From: Patescibacteria group bacterium
GTDB lineage: Bacteria > Patescibacteriota > Microgenomatia > UBA1400 > PJMF01
DNA length: 64,000 bases
Assembly: GCA_016861085.1 (NCBI GenBank)
Contig: BOKR01000001.1
Coordinates: 825,696-889,695 of the forward strand
Direction of reading: 5' to 3'
Positions 1 to 8,883 of this stretch are shown one piece after another. Each line of letters opens with the position of its first letter. Position 1 is the stretch's first letter. The position numbers and the translations under genes are program-made. The notes beneath the pieces were generated by a model. That model made no database searches. It worked only from the letters and a program-made list of their open reading frames with translations, and had not been told where the DNA came from.

Positions 1-1
1 C

Positions 2-1423
2 ACAGATGAATATGGTCTTGATTGGATTTTAGTCCAGGTAACTCCCACAACAACGATTCTGGGTACGATTAATGAAAACACAAGAGTAACTGCAGTACTC
101 ATTGCATTCTTTGTTGGCCTCTCAATAATTCTGGCCTTAATACTTTCGAGATATATTACTAAACCTTTAATTGAGCTTTCAAAAACTGCCATCGATTTTT
201 CAAGAGGAAATTTCAAAAAAAGAGCTAAAGTTAGCCATAAGGACGAAATTGGTGAACTTGCCTACAATTTTAACTACATGGCTCAACTATTAGAAAAAAA
301 TATTGAATCACTGGAAGAAAAAGAAGCATCTGCTAAAAACGAAAAAGAAAAAGTCGAAGCAATTCTCCATAGTATCAGTGATGGGATTATAGTGGTGAAC
401 GTTGATTTAAAAATTCTTCTAGTAAATGATGCAGCTGAAAAAATGACTGGATTCTCTGAACCAAAAATCGTTGGAATGAAATTTGATGAATATTTTAAGT
501 TCTACAAACATCCAACATCGCAAAAAGGGACGATTGATTACATCCTAAAAGCCATATCTTCTGGTAAAGTTCAATATATAAAAAATCACGGAGTCCTTAC
601 TACCAAATCTGGCAGATCTATTCCAATTAACGGATCAACTTCACCGCTCACAGATGAATCTGGATCTGTCACTGGCTGTGTGTTCGTTTTCAACGACATT
701 ACTGAGGAGTTAGAAATAGAACAGGTTAAGAATGACATTATTTCTATTGTTTCTCATCAACTCAGAACACCATTAACTTCTTTAAGGTGGTTGAGTGAAT
801 TACTCATCTCAACAAAATTTGGTAAATTGAATGCAAAACAGAACATCATGATCAAAGACATCAATCACGAAAGTATTTCACTTATCAACCTTGTCAGCAC
901 ATTCCTCGAAACGTCTAACTTTGAACTAGGAATTTTTGAACCAGAAATTGAAGAGATCAACATTCACGAACTGGTCCATGAAGTTCAAGGTCAAATTAAG
1001 TTTGAAGTTCAAGATAAAAAACTAGCAATAAAAAAGAATATTGATAAAAAGTTGACAAAGTATGAGACTGACAAAAATATGCTAAAAACTATTCTGTCTA
1101 ATCTAATGTTCAATGCAGTGAGATATTCAAATCCTAAGGGGAAAATTACTATTTCCATCCAAAAGGAGAAGGACGGATTATATCTAAGCGTTACTGATAC
1201 CGGAGTGGGAATACCAAAAGACCAACAAGAAAACGTGTTTCAAAAGTTGTTTAGAGCCCGCAATGCTCCAACAAAATCTCCAAGTGGTATGGGCCTTGGG
1301 TTATACCTAACCAAGTTGATTGTTGATCACATGGACGGAAAGATTTGGTTTGAATCTCAAGAGGAGAAAGGCACAACCTTTTATGTACAGCTGCCGGCAA
1401 AAATAACCAAGGAAATGGTATAA
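2..1423 (+). CDS. Membrane sensor histidine kinase (TM-HAMP-PAS-HisKA-HATPase), 5' end outside window
   Basis: Frame is open from position 2 (TM helix, HAMP 'ITKPLIELS...DEIGELAYNFNYM'); H-box SHQLRTPL, N-box NAVRYS, G1 DTGVGI, G2 GMGLGL. Confidence 0.92.
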   Translation, partial: TDEYGLDWILVQVTPTTTILGTINENTRVTAVLIAFFVGLSIILALILSRYITKPLIELSKTAIDFSRGNFKKRAKVSHKDEIGELAYNFNYMAQLLEKNIESLEEKEASAKNEKEKVEAILHSISDGIIVVNVDLKILLVNDAAEKMTGFSEPKIVGMKFDEYFKFYKHPTSQKGTIDYILKAISSGKVQYIKNHGVLTTKSGRSIPINGSTSPLTDESGSVTGCVFVFNDITEELEIEQVKNDIISIVSHQLRTPLTSLRWLSELLISTKFGKLNAKQNIMIKDINHESISLINLVSTFLETSNFELGIFEPEIEEINIHELVHEVQGQIKFEVQDKKLAIKKNIDKKLTKYETDKNMLKTILSNLMFNAVRYSNPKGKITISIQKEKDGLYLSVTDTGVGIPKDQQENVFQKLFRARNAPTKSPSGMGLGLYLTKLIVDHMDGKIWFESQEEKGTTFYVQLPAKITKEMV

Positions 1424-1445
1424 TTCTTTTCGTATGTTTTTTAGT

Positions 1446-1533
1446 GGAGGGATCGCATAGTGGCCTAGTGCAACAGTTTACTAAACTGTCGTTTCACAAG
1501 AAACCGAGGGTTCGAATCCCTCTCCCTCCGCCA
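1446..1533 (+). tRNA. tRNA-Ser, anticodon ACT, long variable arm, encoded CCA
   Basis: Acceptor GGAGGGA/TCCCTCC + G + CCA; anticodon arm ACAGT-TTACTAA-ACTGT; variable arm GTTTC-ACAA-GAAAC; T arm GAGGG-TTCGAAT-CCCTC. Confidence 0.93.
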
Positions 1534-1699
1534 AACACCCTTGGTTGCTCCAAGACCCATCACCCATGCTCAAATGGGTTGATGTATCTTCGTTAATTTT
1601 CCATAAAAAGCATGAGGATCGCAAAAGAGGCCTGTAAGCTAGAAAATTGCCCAAAAACGTTCATAAGGAAAAGTTGTTGGTTCTAAGGTTTTGGAATTA

Positions 1700-2371
1700 T
1701 TACTCTATTGTTTCGATTGAATAAATATCGAGAACAGCCCAATTACCAATTTCAATGCACTTTTTGGCAATACATTGCTGATTAGAATAGACAAAATCAC
1801 CCGAAACTAATACGGGCTTACCTATTAAGGATTCAAGTTCTCTTGGACTCGTGCCTATCATCACTTCGATATTTCTGTTCACTTCAGTTCGGCAGTTAGT
1901 AGTTCCAGACATTTGATCGCAAATATACACAGAATTTTTATCCCCTTTTGAGTCATACACAAGACTATACTTATCATTCCTCTTTGTAATAACGTAAGTT
2001 GCTTCTGGATCATCAAATGGAAAGAAATTTGGTGGCTGTTCGTGTGTAAGTGACCAACCAATATAACCAATAAAACAAATCATGCATATAGAGATAGTTA
2101 TCATTAAACCGTGATAAATTTTCTGACTTATTTTTCTGGTTGAAAAAAGAGTTGTGTTTTTATGTAAAATTTTGACCACTTTTAGTAACACATGGATTGT
2201 TGCTCCTAAGGCAACGAGTAACAAAATAGTTAAAGGGAGAGGCCAAATTGGTTGCCATGAAGAAAATCCCCAAGTTAACCTAGAAAGTATTAAAAAACCA
2301 ATAAAAAAAGTAATAACAATAGCACCGATCAGTAAAAGCAAAAAACTTAAGAAATTGAGAAATCTAGTCAT
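1700..2371 (-). CDS. Hypothetical membrane protein (3 N-terminal TM helices + Cys-containing extracellular domain)
   Basis: 223 aa ORF with hydrophobic segments; no recognised family. Confidence 0.7.
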   Translation of the reverse strand: MTRFLNFLSFLLLLIGAIVITFFIGFLILSRLTWGFSSWQPIWPLPLTILLLVALGATIHVLLKVVKILHKNTTLFSTRKISQKIYHGLMITISICMICFIGYIGWSLTHEQPPNFFPFDDPEATYVITKRNDKYSLVYDSKGDKNSVYICDQMSGTTNCRTEVNRNIEVMIGTSPRELESLIGKPVLVSGDFVYSNQQCIAKKCIEIGNWAVLDIYSIETIE

Positions 2372-2395
2372 AACTTATTTGCATTTCTATTTTTC

Positions 2396-3034
2396 TTAAT
2401 CTTCATATTTGAAACTGAAGGTAGATAAAATTTGTTGAGTAATATTTTTGTTTTCTTCATTTGGAGGTGTAGTTGAAACAGAAAAAAGCTTATCATCCTT
2501 CAAGATGATTGTAATGTAACGAGTCTTTGGTCCAGTAATGAATCCCTCAACACCTTTGTAACCGTTTATACTTACTTCTTTGACGGTAGTTGGATCCATT
2601 TCAGTTTTGGCTCGTTCGAGATCTGCCTCAGTTGCATCTTTGTAATTCTCATATAAGCCATATAGTTGGTATTCAGGATTTTGCTCTGAGCCTTTGGTTA
2701 AGAAAAAGCCTGCAGTACGAATATTTCCAGCGTTGTCTGCTATTTCTTTGCGATATACCAAACCTGCTGGATATTGAAAACTTAATCCAATTTCTTCAAT
2801 GGTTTCTTGTTGAAGATTTTGTTGATTGGCAATTAATCTGGTGAAACTTTTTCCATCTGGTGTTCTGCACTGTTCAGGATAACTTTCAAGAATTGGATAA
2901 CCTGCTTGAGCACATTCTTCAAAAGAATTTATTTGTTCAACTGTGCTTTTTTGTTGGTACTTCCAAACTCCTAAACCAACTAACAAAAGAACTATGAAAA
3001 AAACCACTAGCTTCCTATTTGGGGACATTATCAT
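2396..3034 (-). CDS. Membrane-anchored exported protein, PsbP-like C-terminal domain
   Basis: N-terminal TM, motif INSFEECAQAGYPILESYPEQC, 'LSFQYPAG' and C-terminal 'QILSTFSF' typical of PsbP-like CPR proteins; TACAAT 6 nt upstream of ATG. Confidence 0.7.
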   Translation of the reverse strand: MIMSPNRKLVVFFIVLLLVGLGVWKYQQKSTVEQINSFEECAQAGYPILESYPEQCRTPDGKSFTRLIANQQNLQQETIEEIGLSFQYPAGLVYRKEIADNAGNIRTAGFFLTKGSEQNPEYQLYGLYENYKDATEADLERAKTEMDPTTVKEVSINGYKGVEGFITGPKTRYITIILKDDKLFSVSTTPPNEENKNITQQILSTFSFKYED

Positions 3035-3050
3035 GATTCTATTGTAGCAA

Positions 3051-4358
3051 TTAACTAATGAGCTGTAACTGCCGATCTCTTAATTCAAATTTTGATTTAA
3101 TCCCACCCAATATTTTCAATCTCTCTTCAGGAGTTCCGTACTGAAGAACATGAAGTAAATACTCTCGAATGATGTCTGTTTGCGAGCTAGATACCTTATC
3201 AGTATTATCAGCTCCAGTATTATGCTGTGTTAGTTCAAACCTTGGCGTAAATTTATCTATCACAGTAGCTTTTAGATGCTGAAGTCGTTTGACCTCAGTC
3301 TCAAATTCTGCCATCAAATATTTTGTGTTGAGCTTGATTGCAGGCAGATGACCAATCAGTTGTTTAATCAACTCTTCTTCTGTAATGTATGGTTCTTTGC
3401 AATCATATTTTTTGATGCGATTACAGTGATAGTAAATGTGAGTATTCACTTGGTTTGCTTTTGTTCTTCGATACTTAATCTCAGCTGTCACGCTTCCACC
3501 GCATGATCCGCACTTACAAATCTTTTTGAATGGAAATAGTTGCTTGTTCCATTGCTTGGGAGCGACTTGTAGCTGAATCTGCACCTTTTCAAATAATGTC
3601 TTGCTAATCAGAGGTTTATGCGTTCCCTTGTACCATTTGTCACCATATTGAAATTCACCATAATAGAATGGATTCTGCAAAGCTACATAGACTTTACTCA
3701 GTGGCATCCGACAGCCACTTTTAGTTCGAAAATCAATGTCGTCAAGCCACTTTTTAACCATTCTGCCTGAGTAACCTTGGTACGCAACTTTTTCAAATAT
3801 TTCTTTGATGATCGGTGCTCGCTGTGGGTCTTGTTCAACTGTTGAGATGCGGTTAGCTTTCAACACATTGGTGTAACCAATTGGAGCAAGTCCTGGTCTG
3901 ATGCCAAACTCACATTTATTTCTTAATCCTCGTTTTACATTCACTCCTCGATTATCATTCTCTAGCTTTGCCTGACTACATAAAATCATGAGGAGGAATT
4001 TTTCGTTAGGATTGTTGGTGAATGATTGCGAATAGGTTTTGATTTGGATGAGCTTTCCTTGATCCATTAAATCAACTATTCTTCCTAGATCTCCAGCATT
4101 ACGACTCAGACGGTCGGGTGCCCAAGTCAAAATGGCGTTGAATTTTCCTTCGTATAGTTTACTGAGCAGAATGTTGAACTCTGGTCGCTGTCCAGACTCT
4201 TTGGCTGAGTGACTTTCAGTAATTGTTTCAACCACATTTATTTTTTCTCGCTTGGCAATTTTGAGCATTTCACTAATTTGCCCATCAATACTCATCGCTT
4301 GGCGTTCATCAGATTCACTCGATTTTCTGGCATATAGACAGTAGCGAATATCAGTCAT
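3051..4358 (-). CDS. Large serine recombinase (resolvase + recombinase + Zn-ribbon)
   Basis: Catalytic YARKS, DRLSRN, recombinase domain (NPFYYG...GTHKPLIS), CxxC Zn ribbon CGSCG...YYHC. Confidence 0.95.
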   Translation of the reverse strand: MTDIRYCLYARKSSESDERQAMSIDGQISEMLKIAKREKINVVETITESHSAKESGQRPEFNILLSKLYEGKFNAILTWAPDRLSRNAGDLGRIVDLMDQGKLIQIKTYSQSFTNNPNEKFLLMILCSQAKLENDNRGVNVKRGLRNKCEFGIRPGLAPIGYTNVLKANRISTVEQDPQRAPIIKEIFEKVAYQGYSGRMVKKWLDDIDFRTKSGCRMPLSKVYVALQNPFYYGEFQYGDKWYKGTHKPLISKTLFEKVQIQLQVAPKQWNKQLFPFKKICKCGSCGGSVTAEIKYRRTKANQVNTHIYYHCNRIKKYDCKEPYITEEELIKQLIGHLPAIKLNTKYLMAEFETEVKRLQHLKATVIDKFTPRFELTQHNTGADNTDKVSSSQTDIIREYLLHVLQYGTPEERLKILGGIKSKFELRDRQLQLIS

Positions 4359-4527
4359 TGTTTTCTCCTTTCTCGTTAAATAATTGGTGTAGTCTTTTTA
4401 CCGCCCAGCTAAGTTCATCAATGTATTTGTCTTGTCCAGTTTTTTCGTAAAACCTGACGGCAAATATGCATTGATCGAGAATCTTGATGGCTTTTTGAAG
4501 TTTGTCGTCTGGTATTTGATCTTTCAT
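4351..4527 (-). CDS. 58-aa hypothetical protein overlapping the recombinase start
   Basis: MKDQIPDDKLQKAIKILDQC...; start placed 9 nt after a TACCTT -10-like box; paralog of 4590-4727. Confidence 0.65.
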   Translation of the reverse strand: MKDQIPDDKLQKAIKILDQCIFAVRFYEKTGQDKYIDELSWAVKRLHQLFNEKGENND

Positions 4528-4534
4528 CAAGGAC

Positions 4535-4765
4535 ACAAGGTACCGCGATTTTCTGGTAAGTCTAGCTGTGGAATCGAGGTTGTTTGACATCATTTGCCGA
4601 CCTCATTTTTAAGTCGTTTGCTGTGCTGGAAAAATTTATCAATGTATCGCTTATCTCCAGTGATGAGATAGTGATAAAAGTAGTATTCACACCGTTTAAT
4701 GAGTTTGAGCAGTTTGGTCTTGTCCATACAGCGACAAGGTACCGCGAAGAATTGGAAAGTCTAGC
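4535..4765 (-). repeat. Duplicated 32-bp promoter-like element (4535-4566 and 4734-4765)
   Basis: Minus strand GCTAGACT-N16-TACCTTGT in both copies, each 8-9 nt before an ATG. Confidence 0.8.
4590..4727 (-). CDS. 45-aa hypothetical protein (not in ORF track), paralog of 4351-4527
   Basis: Manual translation MDKTKLLKLIKRCEYYFYHYLITGDKRYIDKFFQHSKRLKNEVGK; shares C-x6-Y-x2-TG-x3-YID-x6-KRL with its neighbour. Confidence 0.65.
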   Translation of the reverse strand: MDKTKLLKLIKRCEYYFYHYLITGDKRYIDKFFQHSKRLKNEVGK

Positions 4766-5855
4766 CAGGGAAATGTGAAGATTGGGATAATGCCTCAAAT
4801 AGCTGAATGAGTTGATCTATACTCACTTCCTTTAAATCCCACTTTGCCACAATGCCATAACCTGTACCAGTTGGTAGGTGTTTAGTTTCAATCCCGAGCA
4901 CCTCTTGAATAGCAGTAGTTACTTGCCCTAATCTATCTGGGTTATTGCACCAGAAGTCTAGAGTTTTTCCAGCTATGCCACCATTCACGCCAATCGTTAC
5001 AGTCAGTGCATTTTTCTCTTGGTCAGAGTAGGTGAAGTAAAAGTTAATGTTTTTGGGAGTTTTTCGACTCGATAATCCCTGAATGGATATGCCCCTTGCG
5101 GATATGTCAGTACTCAGTTGCATGATACTTTGCACAATCGGTTGCACTGGCTGTTCAAAGGCTTGGATAAATTCTTCGTCAGAAATAACCGTCGAACTCA
5201 CTCGCTTGCTACCCACATCTTTTTTGACTTGAGCACCATAGATCTTAGGGATCAGGATTTCAAAGCTATCATGTTGGTAATACTCCAACTCCACACCGTA
5301 GATATCGAACTTGCTGTTTTGGTTCATGTAGACGATTAAATCTTTGAGCCTGTCTTCCATGCTGTCCATCAGCACTACGAACTTGAAGTTGCCTTCATCT
5401 AGGTTAAGCTTCATTTGCTCTAGTACAGTCTGTAATCGCTCATCATCAATGCCAAAGAAGGTTTTAATCTTTTCAGTCGCTGACATACCAAATTTCTTTT
5501 GTACATGACCGTTGAGCTGGAGGAGGAAGTCATCAAAGTCGTTGAGGCTTTTCCAAAGTGATGCACCGTAATCTAATACCTGAGCAACCACCGTTCGTTT
5601 GTCGGGATTTTTATACAACTTGGTTTCTACCAAATAGAGCTGACCATCGCCATCAATGCCAACTGCATCGATTGGTCCACTCGTTGTCCCAAACTCCCGA
5701 GCCAAAATCAGTAAGCGAATATCATCTTTAATGTCATACAAAGGAATGCTTTCTGGGTTATCGTAGATGTAAGCTTGCAATTTGTTCTCTAAACCGAAGC
5801 TAATCTTATCTAATTTAGTGGCGTTTCTCCCGTTTTGGGACACAATTATTGGCAT
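4761..5855 (-). CDS. PD-(D/E)xK endonuclease, NucS/EndoMS-C-like
   Basis: E-x-x-LQ, 'AREF...GPIDAVGID...LVETK', 'VVAQVLDY'; start moved to MPIIVSQ. Confidence 0.75.
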   Translation of the reverse strand: MPIIVSQNGRNATKLDKISFGLENKLQAYIYDNPESIPLYDIKDDIRLLILAREFGTTSGPIDAVGIDGDGQLYLVETKLYKNPDKRTVVAQVLDYGASLWKSLNDFDDFLLQLNGHVQKKFGMSATEKIKTFFGIDDERLQTVLEQMKLNLDEGNFKFVVLMDSMEDRLKDLIVYMNQNSKFDIYGVELEYYQHDSFEILIPKIYGAQVKKDVGSKRVSSTVISDEEFIQAFEQPVQPIVQSIMQLSTDISARGISIQGLSSRKTPKNINFYFTYSDQEKNALTVTIGVNGGIAGKTLDFWCNNPDRLGQVTTAIQEVLGIETKHLPTGTGYGIVAKWDLKEVSIDQLIQLFEALSQSSHFPG

Positions 5856-5935
5856 ATTCCTGACTAAATGATAAGCCAGAGTTAGCATAAAAGCAAGCTC
5901 AATACCAGAGGAAATTGCTAACTCTCACTAAGTGG

Positions 5936-5954
5936 AGTGAAACGCCTTTTCACT
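5936..5954 (+). promoter_or_regulatory. Inverted repeat upstream of XRE gene, candidate operator
   Basis: AGTGAAA-cgcct-TTTCACT, 13 nt before the ATG at 5968. Confidence 0.45.
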
Positions 5955-5967
5955 AAACAATTAGGGC

Positions 5968-6180
5968 ATGAGAAAAAATGCCAAACTGCCCAAAGTGCTT
6001 GGCAAAAAAGTTCAGCAAGCTCGGAAGAAAACTGGTTTATCACAGGAAGCAGTTGCTTTTAAAGTAGGTGTCAGTCGTGCCTACATGGGTTACATAGAGC
6101 AAGGACGTAACGTCCCCTCGCTGGAAGTGCTCCAGAAAATTGCTAAGGTACTGAAGGTGAAGCTTAGCGACCTCGTTTAG
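5968..6180 (+). CDS. XRE-family HTH transcriptional regulator
   Basis: LSQEAVAFKVGVSRAYMGYIEQGRNVPSL cro/C1-type HTH. Confidence 0.9.
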   Translation: MRKNAKLPKVLGKKVQQARKKTGLSQEAVAFKVGVSRAYMGYIEQGRNVPSLEVLQKIAKVLKVKLSDLV

Positions 6181-7732
6181 TAGTAAAACCATGAGGATCA
6201 TTCTTAAGTGTTCGTAAATTCATTTTTTGAGGAAAAGAGCCACGCTCCCACTGATTACTATTTTTAACTATCACAACCTTGGGCTGATGAGGGTCATACG
6301 GAGTACTCTGTTCATGCACCAACCTCTGTACCTGCATTACCAACATGGTATAAGCATCAACTAGGTCGTCATGTTTTTCCCTCCCAAAGCCTGTTAACTG
6401 GTTAAGTAATGTCTCTACACCAACTCTTGGAAAGTGGATCTGTCCCTGCTGATGCCACATGACTGTAAGTGAAAGCCGTTCCCTTTTACTCATGCCTTTG
6501 ACACTGAATGGTGACACGATAATTGTGCCTCTGCTTTGAAGTTCCTGAGAAAAGATCCTCTGAAAGCCAGTGTCTTCTACATATATGAATGGGCGGGGAT
6601 TTTGCTGGAGGCCAATACTCTCTAAAGTGCTACAGATCTCATGAAACGTCATTCGCTTATTAATGAGATACGGCAGAATGAAAATGTGAAATACATCATT
6701 TACCTTATACACGTCAGCCTGTGCAATTGCAGTAAAGTCTGCCGTGTCTTCTTGCGAGATTGCAAGATCAGCCGCCACTAGCCGATACTGAAAATATGGC
6801 TTCCAAGCTGGGTTGACCTCGTCATAAAAATGAATGTTTTCAAAGGTGTAGTAGAGGTCGTAGTCCGCCACAATTCTAAGCTCATATTCTCTAAGCCAAA
6901 TTATTTCGTCGGCAATCAGTGCCTTCAGCCTGTACACGTCGTCAAGCGTTGGAAACTTTTCAGGCCACTGGATTTTTTTATCCTCAGTAACGAGTGGTAC
7001 GAACAGAGCCTTACCCAGTATCTTTCCTTCGTTAATGTCTGTCTTTAATTTGCTCAGCAAGCCATTGGGATGGAGATAATTACCAACCATCACAATTTGA
7101 GTACCAAGATCACCAAGCGGAGCAATTTCACTACTATACAACTCTTGAGTGCGCCTGCGACCTTCTTCTGTCTTAACCGACTGACTGTCCTCAATGTCGT
7201 CACAAATAATGAGATCTGGTCGATGTTGTTTGTACCGCAAACCACGAATGCTTTGGTCTATAGAGATAGCCACAATCATTGCTCCCTGCTTGGGTAGTTC
7301 AATGGCTTGGGCATTCCACAAATTATCCACTTCCTTGAAAGGTCCGAGATCTTCCTTAAGCAGTTGGTTAGTTGTCAGCTCACTTTTAATGTTTTTTAGA
7401 TGCGTCCGAGCTAAGTCTGCTGTTTGACTCACGATCACAATGAGCTTTTTTTCAGGTTTGCCAAACAAGGCATACAGCGGATAAATAGTAGTCATAATCG
7501 TACTTTTACCAGACCCACGAAACATGATGGCAATAAGCAGTTGTAATTCTCGCTGAGATGTCAGATTGAACAGATCGTAATGAAACTGTGCAAAGTTGTG
7601 CGTAAAGTAGTGCGAGAAGTATATAGACGCAAACCACAAAGAGCTTTGTTTAGCTAAACTGACTCTGACATTTTTGTCAGCGATGATCGATTGAATTTCT
7701 TCTGGTTTCAGTTTAAGGTTGGCCGTCATCAT
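6164..7732 (-). CDS. Phage terminase large subunit
   Basis: Walker A FRGSGKST, RG motif, Walker B DLIICDDIED, RNase H-like nuclease AADLAISQEDTADFTA ... HDDLVDA; AAGGAG just upstream of the start. Confidence 0.88.
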   Translation of the reverse strand: MMTANLKLKPEEIQSIIADKNVRVSLAKQSSLWFASIYFSHYFTHNFAQFHYDLFNLTSQRELQLLIAIMFRGSGKSTIMTTIYPLYALFGKPEKKLIVIVSQTADLARTHLKNIKSELTTNQLLKEDLGPFKEVDNLWNAQAIELPKQGAMIVAISIDQSIRGLRYKQHRPDLIICDDIEDSQSVKTEEGRRRTQELYSSEIAPLGDLGTQIVMVGNYLHPNGLLSKLKTDINEGKILGKALFVPLVTEDKKIQWPEKFPTLDDVYRLKALIADEIIWLREYELRIVADYDLYYTFENIHFYDEVNPAWKPYFQYRLVAADLAISQEDTADFTAIAQADVYKVNDVFHIFILPYLINKRMTFHEICSTLESIGLQQNPRPFIYVEDTGFQRIFSQELQSRGTIIVSPFSVKGMSKRERLSLTVMWHQQGQIHFPRVGVETLLNQLTGFGREKHDDLVDAYTMLVMQVQRLVHEQSTPYDPHQPKVVIVKNSNQWERGSFPQKMNLRTLKNDPHGFTTKRGR

Positions 7733-8141
7733 GCTCCTTTCTATTCGGGTCAATTAAAAGTGATGCATGCTCCAGAGCTTTTTTGATCAATGCTTCCTGC
7801 TCTGAAGTGAGTACCTCATCCTGCACCTTGGTAGTGATCTCCAGTTTAGTACTGTAGGCAGAGTGTCTGTGGTTCAACCAGTAAAAAATTGCGGAGATAT
7901 TACGATCTTTAATAGCAGATAAAAGCTGAGATTCAGTGAGATCATTAATTAGTGCAACTCCCTCCGCTAAGGCTTTATCAGCTTGCTTGGCATACTCTGG
8001 GCTTTCATCCCTCCAGCGGTAGTAGGTCGAACGAGCTATGCCTAACTTTTCACAGCACACCTGTACTACTGGTGTCTTTTGGAGTTGTTCCAGCATGAGC
8101 TGACGGTTAATAGCCGTGCGGTCTTGTAGGTCTTTATTCAT
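7713..8141 (-). CDS. HTH protein, terminase small subunit-like
   Basis: CEKLGIARSTYYRW HTH, then 'ESQLLSAIKDRNISAIFYWL'; directly upstream of and overlapping TerL. Confidence 0.7.
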   Translation of the reverse strand: MNKDLQDRTAINRQLMLEQLQKTPVVQVCCEKLGIARSTYYRWRDESPEYAKQADKALAEGVALINDLTESQLLSAIKDRNISAIFYWLNHRHSAYSTKLEITTKVQDEVLTSEQEALIKKALEHASLLIDPNRKEHDDGQP

Positions 8142-8883
8142 GGGACTCCTTTCTTACCGTAGCTTTTTGCCCGGTTAAACGCTCCCATCGGTCAACTGCA
8201 ACTTGGCAGTATTCGGGCATGAGCTCGATGCCGATGCATTTGCGAAGTGTCTGTTGACTGGCTAACAAGGTCGTGCCACTGCCCAAGAATGGGTCGTAGA
8301 CTGTGTCGCCAACCTCAGTACTGTTGAGGATGAGTCGCCGAATGAGGGTGACTGGTTTTTGGGTGGCATGCCATTTACTTTTCTGTGGCTTGGGAGCAAA
8401 CAACACTGATTTGTCTTTGGCTTTGTGGAATTTATGAGTGCCATACCAGCCATAAAGGCAAAGTTCATGCATGGGTAAGTAATCTAGCCTACCGATAACT
8501 GGCTGAGATTTGACCCAGACCAACATCTGCGACACCTTAAACCCAGATTGCAACATGCCCTGTCGCAGAGCAAAGACCATCTTATCTGAGTTCCAGATAT
8601 AAGCCGAGTTTTTCTTGGCTAAAAATGGCTTGATTGCCTCTAGCCAGTCTTGTGTGAATTTGGCATACTCCTGATCAGATTGCAGGTGATCATTAGCAAG
8701 TGACTTGTGCTTGGTTGGATTAAGTGACGAATCAGCAATTGCGATGCCATATGGAGGATCAACTTGAAGGGATGCGATAGTGGTATCGCCAATCACTTTT
8801 TTGACAAACTCCTTGTCGGTACTACTTCCACAGGCGAGGACATGCTCGCCGAGTTGTAAAATCATGCCTGGTCTTATTTGCAT
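8134..8883 (-). CDS. DNA amino-methyltransferase (N4-C/N6-A, beta class)
   Basis: Catalytic DPPY, HATQKP, SAM-binding DPFLGSGT. Confidence 0.92.
   Translation of the reverse strand: MQIRPGMILQLGEHVLACGSSTDKEFVKKVIGDTTIASLQVDPPYGIAIADSSLNPTKHKSLANDHLQSDQEYAKFTQDWLEAIKPFLAKKNSAYIWNSDKMVFALRQGMLQSGFKVSQMLVWVKSQPVIGRLDYLPMHELCLYGWYGTHKFHKAKDKSVLFAPKPQKSKWHATQKPVTLIRRLILNSTEVGDTVYDPFLGSGTTLLASQQTLRKCIGIELMPEYCQVAVDRWERLTGQKATVRKESHE

Noticed and set aside
4535-4765. CRISPR array or integron attC cassette array
   Set aside because: Only two copies, ~200-nt spacing, promoter-like rather than palindromic; no cas genes or tyrosine integrase
4562-4798. 78-aa minus-strand ORF (and the N-terminal extension of 4351-4593) sharing ARLxxxSRYLV
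   Set aside because: The shared peptide is just the translated DNA repeat; protein-level paralogy lies in another frame (4590-4727)
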